Shown here: positions 34,180 to 43,374 of the stretch, piece after piece
Position numbering within the stretch: position 1 is the stretch's first letter
How the letters are laid out: every line of letters begins with the position of its first letter
Source of the DNA: Naegleria gruberi
Taxonomy: Eukaryota
Length of the DNA: 64,000 bases
Assembly: GCA_000004985.1 (NCBI GenBank)
Contig: GG738845.1
Direction: 5' to 3' (one strand)
Position numbers and translations under genes: made by a program
The notes under the pieces: generated by a model
Databases searched by the model: none
What the model saw: only the letters and a program-made list of their open reading frames with translations
Told to the model about the DNA's origin: nothing

Positions 34180-36232
34180 TTAGAAAGTGTAATTGTTTGG
34201 ACAATCCAAAGCCCAAGGGAATTTGTCTTGCAAAGTTTTTGAGAAGAGTTTGGCTACTGGTACGTCAGTTCTCTTGCACCATGCAATTGTAATTCTAGGA
34301 TCACAATAGTTTGTTCTTGATGTTGTAAGAGAAACTGTCTTGTTTTCAATTTTCATCTTTTTTTCTTGTTTGAGATCATCAATCTTCTTCTTAATGGCCT
34401 CAATCTTGGAGGAAATAGATTCAGGGGTTTTTGGTAAAAGTGGTTGTGTTGGCTTTTTAGGTGGCTTGCTCTTCTTTGCAGAACCCAAATATGCAGCAAC
34501 AGATTTTCCTGCTTTTTTGGCTTTTTCAGCTAATTCTTTTTCTTGTTGCTTGTGTTCTTCCAACTTTTGTTCATATTCTTTCATTAATTTTTCATTTTCC
34601 TTATCCCATTTTTCTTTTACGTCTTCATATCCTTTCTTTTTAACTTCCTTTAATGCTTGTTGGAGTCTTTCCAAGTAGGTTTCTTGATCTTCAATTTTCT
34701 TTTCCATAGTTTCGACTGAAGTATCAAATGTCTTTGGTGCTGCACGTTGATGGTTACAGAGAATAGCAACTTGTCTGTTGGCAGAGTTGAAAATGCTTAC
34801 TTTCTCAGCAACACTCATGTCACTAGTAATTTCTCTTTCCAACTTTTTCAATTCTCTATCCAATGTAATAGATGCATTATAGGTACGGAAAACCTTGGCA
34901 GATAATTTTTCCATATAGGACTTGAGGTGATCATTGAGTTTGGATGGATTAATCTTGTGGAAGAGCATGTCAGATTTTTTCTTTCCTTCAATAAATCCCT
35001 TTACACATTTGTAAACCTCCTTCTCAACTTCTACAGTATTTTCATATCTGATTGAGTCTTTACCAAGGAAATCAAATTTGATAGATGAAGGAGCAACCAA
35101 GCTCACATGTTCAACTCTTAAACTGCAACAACCAACTGTGTCTGCCTCTTCTTCATCATCTTTTTCATTACCGACTCTCAAAGCAAGCTTATCTATAAAG
35201 TAGATGGCAACTCCCAATTGTCTATCACTTTCTTGCTTCTCCGTCCATTGTTGTTTGTAATCTTCTCTTATCTTTTCTATGCAATCCTTCAAGCTTCTTG
35301 CAGTTTGATATTTCAGATAATCATTCATTGCCTTCATACTTGATCCACTGGCAAATTGTACATACTTGTTCTTATTGTTGATTGCATCTTTAAAAGCAGC
35401 AACCCACAATACTGTATTGTTGGATACAACACCACCCCATTTATGTCCTGTTGGTGGAGGCGGAACATCTTCCAATCTTCCAATATTAATTGTGATATCT
35501 TCAGGTTGAATTCTCTTTTTCAACATACCCATTTTAGGATGGGTACCTCTACCTCTAAATAATCCAGGAGGTTCAATCTTGAACTGTTGAACCTTTTCCT
35601 TCCGTCCATCAACAAGAGCATACTTGTATGCGTCCTCAAACTTTGCTTTTAATTCCTTTTCCGCCTTCTTTTCTTCTGAAGTTCTGTTTAATTTGGTCTC
35701 CTTTTCTGTCAATAAATGTTCCCAAATTTTAGAAAAATCACACTTGGCAAGAGATTTGATTGTGTGATTTTTCCCGAGAAGTTCCTTCCAAGCAGCCCAA
35801 AAATTTTCATTAAATTGTTTCTTCTGTATGTAATCCGATTCCAACATGGAGGCGTACATTGTTGCTACTTCCTCTTGTTCTGGGTCAAGCTTTACAGGTT
35901 TTCCATCATAATAAACAGGAATGCTATGAGGTTGATAATCTGGTGGGAATAATACACCATTATGCTTGAGTGTTTGCCACTTTTGATCAGAGTTTAAAAT
36001 TGACTGGATAGTATCATCCGATTGTGCCCACCATTTGTAAACTCCATCATCTGGTTTAGTGTCCATTTCATCCTTAGATTCTTCCTTCTTTACTTTCTTT
36101 GTGTCTTTTTTAACTATTACTACCTTTTCTTCCTCCTCACTCTCACTATCATCATCCAAAATTCTTTTTCTTTTCTAAAGTTTTGTTGAACAATAAAAAC
36201 GCAACCCGCAAAAAAAAACTTACGTCGACCAT
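34180..36232 (-). CDS. TOP1: DNA topoisomerase I (eukaryotic type IB), 667 aa: complement(join(34180..36174,36224..36232)); 9-nt first exon ATGGTCGAC plus a 49-nt intron (GTAAGT..TTTAG)
   Basis: Core and catalytic regions are conserved (LFRGRGTHPKMG, SLRVEHV, NYCDPRITIAWCKR, C-terminal ..KFPWALD..F then TAA). The ORF-track start is a TTG. In-frame upstream sequence hits TAG unless the upstream micro-exon is spliced in, which gives MVDKRKRILDDDSESEEE.. Confidence 0.88.
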
Positions 36233-36262
36233 TTTTTTTTAATTGTTATTTAATTTCAAAGA

Positions 36263-36272
36263 GGCGGGAAGG
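36263..36272. promoter_or_regulatory. E2F-like site GGCGGGAAGG (TTCCCGCC on the other strand) in the 139-nt divergent TOP1/DNAAF4-like promoter, about 30 nt upstream of the TOP1 ATG
   Basis: Match to the E2F consensus TTTSSCGC/GGCGGGAA seen in sequence. The only GC-rich motif in an otherwise AT-rich spacer. Confidence 0.3.
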
Positions 36273-36370
36273 TTTTTTAACTGCAGTGTATTTTGGGTGA
36301 TGTATTTTTGCGCCAACTTGGTTATTTTAAAACTACAAAAAAAAGACATAAATTTTTAGCCAATTTTATA

Positions 36371-38514
36371 ATGCCAATTTCACTTTTGTATGATTTTGAA
36401 GAAACCTCGGAACAGATTATTATTAAAGTTAATCTTAAAGGAGCTACCAGAAGTAGTCTCTCCACCACTATTTCTGATTGTTATATCAAAGTCAATTGCC
36501 CACCTCATCATTTTTTGGAATTAGATTTGAAGGAGACAATTGTGTTGGATGACTCATCGAGAACACACAAAGTTGAGGGTCACAATGTTGTGTTTGTTTT
36601 GAAAAAGAAGGATAAAAAGGAGTGGGGTTCTGCAATCTTGAAACCAAATGATGAAGTTAGCAAGGAGATGATCGAATCTAGAAGAAAGGAGTCTCTGGAA
36701 AGACTCTCGAAAATGGAGGCAGAAGAAAGAGAGGAAAGAAAAAAACAAAGGACAAAAGAAGAACAGAGACTTTTAGAGCTTCATTGGCAAGAGGAAAAGA
36801 AAAAGAGAGAGGATATTGAAAGAAAGAAACAAGAAGAAAAGGAGCAAGCAGCACTTGAATTGAGTCAACTTAAAGAAAGAGATGAAACATCTTCCCAAAA
36901 ATCTGAAAAATACAGGGTTGCAAATCAAAGACAAGTAACTATTGAAGATATTACTGAGGAGGATATAGCTGTTGATGAAAAGAACTCAAATTATGAACAT
37001 TTTACTGCACCAATCAGACAGACAGAAACATCAACTATTAAGTTATCATTCACACCAAGAGCATTGAGGACTCCTGCAAGGGAGGACAAGGATAGTGAAA
37101 CATTGAAAAAATACGAAATTTGGAGAAGAAAAAACAAACCTGCAGAATTGGAAGAAAATGGTAAGTATTTATTACTCTAAATAAGGTAAAATTTCTAGTT
37201 GTGTGGGTGATTGAAAGAGGAGATAAATTTATGAAAAAGAAAAATTTCAACTCTGCAATTAGTGCCTACACTGAGGCTTTACACATGGAATCGAGTGTCA
37301 TTACATGTTTGCCGAAGAGAGCAGAGTGTTTCTTTGAAAGAAAAGAATATTTGAAGGCTATCGAAGATTGTACCAATTTTTTGAACACTGAATCAAAACA
37401 GAATGCTCAAATAGAAGATAAATTCCTGCTTCAAGCATTAACAACAAGATCGAAATGCTATAAGGAGATTTCAGATCTTAAGAAAGCACTGGAGGATGTG
37501 AAAATAGCATATAGAATTGACTCGAGTATCGAACTACAAAAAATGATAAGAGAGTTAGAAAATACTCTATCAAAAGAGTTGATGGAAGACAAAGATAAGG
37601 CTGATTTGTTGAAAGATCAAGCTGATCAAGAATACTTTGAACAAAGATTTGAAGAGGCCATCAAGCTCTATACTGATGCCATCAATCATAGAGCTCATTT
37701 CTTCAGAGCCTATAGCAACAGATCTGTTTGCTACCTTCAACTGAATAGATACTTTGAGTGCATTCAAGACTGTACATATATTCTTCAAAACATTCATTCC
37801 AAATCGGTTCCTGAGCCCGAAAAAAAGAACGCTGCTTCTTTCATCCTCAAATCATACCTGAGAAGAGGTACATGTCATTTTAAAGTTGGTGACTACAATA
37901 ATTCATATAAGGACTATGAGCAAGCATCAAGAATGGCTCCAGAGGATGAAGAAATTCTTGCCGACTTGGAAAAAGTCAACGAAGAACTTACCTCCAAACT
38001 TCAAGGGGATTGGTTAAAAAATACAGCCAACAACTTTTACTTAAGAGGAGATTTTGCTTCTGCTATTCATTCCTATACATTGGCTGTCAATCTTGACAAG
38101 ACGAATCCAGTTTATTATTCCAACAGAGCTCAGTGTTTCTTTAAAACTGGTGACTTTGTCAGATGTGTAAAGGATTGCAATACAGCCCTCTCCGTGCTAT
38201 CTGAAGATGATGAACTGAAAGTCGATCAAATTCTGGAAGAGGAAAAAAACGTTGAAGCAATGCAAGACTCAAAGAAGGAAAAGGAAGAGTTTCCGACTAA
38301 TCCAAAACTTACTCCTAAATTGCAACTTAAACTCTACCTTAAAAGAGCAGTTGCTTACAAGGAGATGGAAGAATACGAAAGAGCCTTTTTAGATATTCGA
38401 AGAGCTCACCAACTCGAGCCTGAAAATAAGGAAATCAAATCAGAATATGATTCTATTGAAAAATTATATGAGTTAACTAAAAAAGATGAAATCAAAATTG
38501 AGATAAAGGAATAA
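36371..38514 (+). CDS. DNAAF4: DYX1C1/DNAAF4-like protein (N-terminal CS/p23 domain, charged coiled-coil linker, C-terminal TPR repeats), about 701 aa: join(36371..37160,37199..38514); 38-nt intron GTAAGT..TCTAG
   Basis: The N-terminus MPISLLYDFEE..YIKVNCPPHHFLELDL..VVFVLKKKDKKEW aligns with the human DYX1C1 CS domain (YLKVNFPP..IVFTLYKKE..W). TPR-like repeats in the second ORF. The two ORFs (36293..37180 and 37201..38514) join in frame across a GTAAGT..TAG 38-nt intron. The real start is the ATG at 36371 with an A/T leader. Confidence 0.65.
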
Positions 38515-38570
38515 ATATTAATTTCTTTCGTGTAAAAATGTTCCTCACAAATTTTGAACATTAAAAAAAA

Positions 38571-41500
38571 ATGAGTAAAATGCTTGCAAAGATTCAAAAA
38601 TTGAAGAAGAGTAGAGCCACTTCTTCAACCAAACAAAACAAACATGAGGAAGAAGAGTATGATAAATCATTTTTCGGATATATGGATGATTCATCATCGG
38701 ATGATGACAATTTTGATCCATCAATTTATGGAGGAAGAGAAGTAGTTGGAAGTTTTGTTGAGAAGGATGGTAGTGATGATGAATTATCGGGACATGTGCA
38801 ATTTTCAACTAACAGTGATGACGATGATGAATATAATCTTACTGTTGGTGACCTTCAAAATGAAGAGGAACAACCAAAGAAGAAAAAGAAGACTACACCT
38901 GTGGTTTCAACACAAAAACCACAACAGGTTATAGAAGAACATAATGATGATAACGATCTGGAAATGAATGATGCAACCGATGACACTCACGAAACCAATG
39001 AAGACCATCAAGAAGAAACCTCAACAACTGCCAAAAAATCAAGTAATCTTGATGAATGGACAGAAGAGGAATTGAAAGAAAACGATTCTACCTCTTCCAC
39101 ATGGAAGAAGATTAAATTATCTGATGAGGATGCCTTTTCATGTGAAGGAATGTACTCTCTTGAAGTATTAGATGAAGATAATGAGGAATACAAGTCAATA
39201 ATGCGAAGTCTTTATGGTGATGACTATGACAAGAAAGATGAAAAGAAGGAAAATCCAACCAGTATTGAAAAAGATACCAGAACAAAGGAGGAAATCAAAA
39301 AGGAACGAAACAAGAAGAAAAGAGAAAGAAAGGCTAAAAAGGCAGAGGAAAAAAAGCTTGCTGAAAATACCACCCAAGAATTACAAACCAAAGTATCTCA
39401 AGAAGAAAAAATTGAAAAGGTAAAAAAGGAAAATGAAACAAAGAAATTAGAGAAGAAAAAACTTGAAACAACAGAACAAAAATTGGTCAAGAATGAACAA
39501 GAAAACAAAGTGCAAGAAGAAACTAAAAAAAAGAGAGAAAAAGCTGGTGATTTGAAAGTTGTAAATGAAAATGCAGATACTGCTCCATTTGAAGAAGTAG
39601 CTTCTAAAATGACTGCTTGGAATTTCAATGATACCATTCAATTACATGAACAAGTTGTTCGTAATTTGTATCGCCTTGGATTTTACAAGCCAACACCAAT
39701 CCAAGAAGAATCAATTCCTAAAGCTATTGGTCAACAAGCTGATATTTTAGCTGCTGCTGAAACTGGTTCAGGAAAGACATTGGCATTTGTTTTACCAATT
39801 ATTGATGAGTTGATGAAATTGAAAGAAAATGAACCTGCTCAACAAGTCAAAGATGATGAATCTAGAACTGTAGATGGAATTTCACTCAATGAAATTGGTG
39901 TTAAAAATAAGAGAAAGAAACTTTTACGCGATGTTAAAAAGGACATGTTCCAACTCAGATCACTTATTCTTTTACCTACAAGAGAATTAGCATTGCAAGT
40001 TTGTTCACATATTGAAGCTGTCATTCGAAACACATCCCTAAAGGTTGTTGGACTAGTTGGTGGACTAAATGAAGAGAAGCAAATCAGAGAAATTCACGTA
40101 CAAAAACCTGATATTATTGTTGCTACACCTGGTAGATACTGGTTTTATATTGATAAGGGTATGTTTGCCTCCAACTCAATTCTTGGCCTCAGATTTTTGG
40201 TGATTGACGAAGCTGATAGAATGGTAGCTGATGCTCACTTTTTCGAACTCCAATCCATTTTGAGATATATTACCATTGAAAGATTCAAAAGAAGTCAACA
40301 AGGAGAATCAAACTCAATCTTGAGAAAATTCATCTCTTCTGCAACTCTTACTTTTATTGATGATAAGTGGAAGAAGCAATTATATGAATTATCACTCCAA
40401 GAACAAGAAAAGAGAGAATCCAATTCAGAAGATTATATCAACCAAAAAGAAGAAGAACAGGTTGAAATACCTCAAGAACAAGATGCTGAGCATAAGAAGA
40501 AAGAAAAAGAAACTAAAACACAAAAGATTATCCAAAAAATTCTTGCCATTTTAGATATGAAAAATCCAGTGATGGTTGACTTGACTACCAGCAATTTATT
40601 AGCCCACACTCTCCAAGAAGCCTTCATACAAAGTACCAGAGAAGATAAGGTTCTCTATCTTTACTATTTCTTGACAATTTATTCTGGTCGTACAGTAGTC
40701 TTTACAAATAATATTAAGGTTGTTAGATTTATTGGTAATATTTTGAAAGAGCTCTTTAATAAGGGACCTAATGCCAAGCAAACAAGTATTACAATTGTTT
40801 CATTACATGGTAAGATGGACCAACAATCTCGTTTTAAGAATTTGGAAAAGTTTAAAAAGGCTGAAAATAGTATCTTGATTACTACCGACGTATTTGCTCG
40901 TGGTATTGATATTCCTGATGTAGAAAATGTTGTACATTTCAATATTCCAATTGATACCAAGACTTATATCCATCGTTGCGGACGTTCTGGAAGAGCAGGC
41001 AAACAAGGATTTAGTTTGGCTATTGTTTCTCCGGAGGAACGTAAATCATTCTATCATATTCTAAGAGATACTCGAGGTGAAGGTAGTGAAATGCCTCCTT
41101 TCCCGATGTCACATCCTGATTTGTTAGAAGTTTTACGTAAGCGTGTAAATTTGGCAATTGAAATTGAAAAATTGGAAGAAAGAAAGGCTGCCAGAACTCA
41201 AGAACAAGATTGGTTTACAAAACAAGCCGCTGCTATGGATATTGATTTAGATGAACGATTTTTCAAGGACTTGAAGAAAGATAAGGATTTGAAACTCAAA
41301 GGATTAGCTCCTGATCAAGAACGTAAGCTTGCAACTATGAAGAAACAACTTGAAGGCTTACTCAAACAAAATGTTTTCATGCAAACAAAGACAAGTATTT
41401 CAGGAACTAATCGTCTATTTACTGTTGGTGATCCAAGAAGTGTTGATCTTATCAGAGCTAGTCTTAGTGGATTGAGAGAAAACAAAGCAAGAGCTGATTT

Positions 41501-41582
41501 AGAAGAAGCCCAAAAGCCTTCCGAAGTTCCAACTAAAAGTCAATCGAAAAAAAGAAAGAGAAATCAAAAAAAGAATAAATAA
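38571..41582 (+). CDS. DEAD-box ATP-dependent RNA helicase, 1003 aa, acidic/Lys-rich N- and C-terminal extensions; long insertion between motifs I and Ia resembles DDX24/Mak5
   Basis: Motifs AAETGSGKT, PTRELA, VIDEADRM, SAT, ARGIDIP, HRCGRSGRAG. Intronless. A-rich leader aaaaaaaaATG. TAA stop at 41580-41582. Confidence 0.85.
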   Translation: MSKMLAKIQKLKKSRATSSTKQNKHEEEEYDKSFFGYMDDSSSDDDNFDPSIYGGREVVGSFVEKDGSDDELSGHVQFSTNSDDDDEYNLTVGDLQNEEEQPKKKKKTTPVVSTQKPQQVIEEHNDDNDLEMNDATDDTHETNEDHQEETSTTAKKSSNLDEWTEEELKENDSTSSTWKKIKLSDEDAFSCEGMYSLEVLDEDNEEYKSIMRSLYGDDYDKKDEKKENPTSIEKDTRTKEEIKKERNKKKRERKAKKAEEKKLAENTTQELQTKVSQEEKIEKVKKENETKKLEKKKLETTEQKLVKNEQENKVQEETKKKREKAGDLKVVNENADTAPFEEVASKMTAWNFNDTIQLHEQVVRNLYRLGFYKPTPIQEESIPKAIGQQADILAAAETGSGKTLAFVLPIIDELMKLKENEPAQQVKDDESRTVDGISLNEIGVKNKRKKLLRDVKKDMFQLRSLILLPTRELALQVCSHIEAVIRNTSLKVVGLVGGLNEEKQIREIHVQKPDIIVATPGRYWFYIDKGMFASNSILGLRFLVIDEADRMVADAHFFELQSILRYITIERFKRSQQGESNSILRKFISSATLTFIDDKWKKQLYELSLQEQEKRESNSEDYINQKEEEQVEIPQEQDAEHKKKEKETKTQKIIQKILAILDMKNPVMVDLTTSNLLAHTLQEAFIQSTREDKVLYLYYFLTIYSGRTVVFTNNIKVVRFIGNILKELFNKGPNAKQTSITIVSLHGKMDQQSRFKNLEKFKKAENSILITTDVFARGIDIPDVENVVHFNIPIDTKTYIHRCGRSGRAGKQGFSLAIVSPEERKSFYHILRDTRGEGSEMPPFPMSHPDLLEVLRKRVNLAIEIEKLEERKAARTQEQDWFTKQAAAMDIDLDERFFKDLKKDKDLKLKGLAPDQERKLATMKKQLEGLLKQNVFMQTKTSISGTNRLFTVGDPRSVDLIRASLSGLRENKARADLEEAQKPSEVPTKSQSKKRKRNQKKNK

Positions 41583-41583
41583 T

Positions 41584-41865
41584 TTAAATTTGTTTTGAAA
41601 TATAGTACACTATTTGACAATTGTAATCAATTATTTAAATATTCATCTACCTACCATTATTTCCTCTAATAAAAGCGTCTCCGTATGTTCCAGTCTGCAC
41701 TCCATCAACATATTCCTTTGTTTGTTCCAAAGCAACATTCATATATCCATCTAGACAGGTTAAAACTCCTCTATATTCAGCACCAGAATTTAATTTAACA
41801 ATCACTGGTTTTCCGACAATATCATTTTTTAAAAAGGTTGTTGGGTCCAAATTGTTTGCTGACAT
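41584..41865 (-). CDS. LSM6: Sm-like protein LSm6, 78 aa: complement(join(41584..41609,41655..41865)); 45-nt intron GTAGGT..AATAG
   Basis: ..GKPVIVKLNSGAEYRGVLTCLDGYMNVALEQTKEYVDG..YGDAFIRGNN then the spliced V YYISKQI. This matches the LSm6 pattern (DYRGVLACLDGYMNIALEQTEEYVNGQLKNKYGDAFIRGNNVLYIS). The unspliced frame ends GNNGR* on a GTAGGT donor. Confidence 0.8.
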
Positions 41866-41929
41866 TTTTTTTGTTGATAAAATTATTTTTAAACTTTCAA
41901 TTTTTTAATTTTTTTAATATTTACAAGTT

Positions 41930-42970
41930 TTAAAGTTGTTCTGGCCTTGGATGTGATTCCTTACCAAAGTTTGGTGTCACTCTGACAAATTCTGCCTTTC
42001 TTTGCAATTCTTTAATATCTTTGGCACCTCCATAAGTGAGGGCACTTCTCAATGAACCACAGAAATTATCAATAACATCTTGAGCAGAACCTGTACATTT
42101 GGCATGGAATGAAACACCTTCTGGAACAGTACCTTTCTTCAAACCTCCATAGAAATCATCTTGGAAATCCTTACTGGCCTGACCTCTATACTTGACAAGA
42201 GTAATTTCTTGACCGTTTTCTAAAGTTTTCTTTGATTTTGGAGCAGCACTTTCCATTGTCTTTGCAAAAATACTTCCCATCATGACTGTACTAGCACCAG
42301 CAGCTAAAGCAAGAACCATATCTCTTTCAAAAACAATACCGCCATCAGCAATAATTGGAACACGGAGTTTACGAGCTAATTCAGCACAATTCTTGATGGC
42401 AGAAAATTGTGGTAATCCGAAACCTGTCTTGATTCTTGTAGTACAAGCAGCTCCACAACCAACACCAACTTTAACTGCATCAGCACCAGCTGTGACAAGA
42501 TCTTGATAGCCCATTGGTGTACAAACATTACCAGCAATGATTTCCTTGTGTGGTAATTGTTTCTTTAAATTTCTAATAAATGTACACATAGCATCACTGT
42601 GACCATGAGCAATATCAATAACTACACCTTTAGCTCCCAATTCCAACAATTTTACAGTTGATTCCATATCATTGAGACCACAAGAAACAAAACAATTATT
42701 TTCATATTTTTTCACCCATTCAGATTGTTTTTCAAATGAAGTGAAACGATGGAATAATGGAATACCTCCATTAGCAATCAAAACATCAGCCAATTCATCA
42801 CCAATAACTGTATCCATATTAGCAGCAAGGAGTGGCATTCCAATCTTTGTATTCTTTGTCAACCAAGTATCTAATGAAGGGTGCAAACGTGAAGGAACGT
42901 TATTATATTGAGGAACAAGTGTAACGTCATCAAATGTCAAACACACTTCTTGGTGAATATTGCTCATCAT
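41930..42970 (-). CDS. GMPR: GMP reductase (IMPDH/GMPR family without CBS domains), 346 aa
   Basis: [38 protein letters not shown]. Length and C-terminus match GMPR. TAA stop. A-rich leader. Confidence 0.85.
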   Translation of the reverse strand: MMSNIHQEVCLTFDDVTLVPQYNNVPSRLHPSLDTWLTKNTKIGMPLLAANMDTVIGDELADVLIANGGIPLFHRFTSFEKQSEWVKKYENNCFVSCGLNDMESTVKLLELGAKGVVIDIAHGHSDAMCTFIRNLKKQLPHKEIIAGNVCTPMGYQDLVTAGADAVKVGVGCGAACTTRIKTGFGLPQFSAIKNCAELARKLRVPIIADGGIVFERDMVLALAAGASTVMMGSIFAKTMESAAPKSKKTLENGQEITLVKYRGQASKDFQDDFYGGLKKGTVPEGVSFHAKCTGSAQDVIDNFCGSLRSALTYGGAKDIKELQRKAEFVRVTPNFGKESHPRPEQL

Positions 42971-43374
42971 TTTTGTAGAGAATGTTTCTTTGTTGAATTC
43001 TTGTACAACCGAATAATCTAGGTAGTGGGTGATTGTATTTTTTTCATCGTTTTTTTGAATTCAATAATGTGGTGAGTGGTGTTTTTATGTCACCACCCAC
43101 CACATGGTTCAAGTTTGTAGAGGAGAAGCAGGGTGGGTACCTAACTGGTTACAATTTTTTGTAGTGGTTGGTACGTACCTAGGTAATAATTTGTGCACCA
43201 GTAAGGTTTTTTTAATAAGAATCATTGGATATATCTTAGCTCAGGATATCAATTCCAACCCAACTCCCTTAACCAACTACAACTTTGATCCACACTCTAC
43301 GGGGTTGTAGAGCTTGTGATACTTCTTGTCTCTCATGTCTGCACAGATGAACATAATGTCACCACTCAAAAAAA

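Noticed and set aside
34340-41006. Many 60-120-aa ORFs antisense to, or out of frame within, TOP1, the DNAAF4-like gene, DDX24, the 1258-aa ORF, GMPR, NOC2, DHX16 and the HEAT gene (for example 34340..34678, 36554..36748, 39195..39641, 42282..42506, 52448..52804, 54378..54629)
   Set aside because: They lie inside well-supported conserved genes and are F/L/S-rich mirror images of K/E-rich coding sequence. They have no start context.
43225-43260. tRNA-like D-arm string TAGCTCAGG
   Set aside because: No matching acceptor stem, anticodon arm or GGTTCGANTCC T-arm in either orientation. The GGTTCGAA at about 28905 lies inside the coiled-coil coding sequence.
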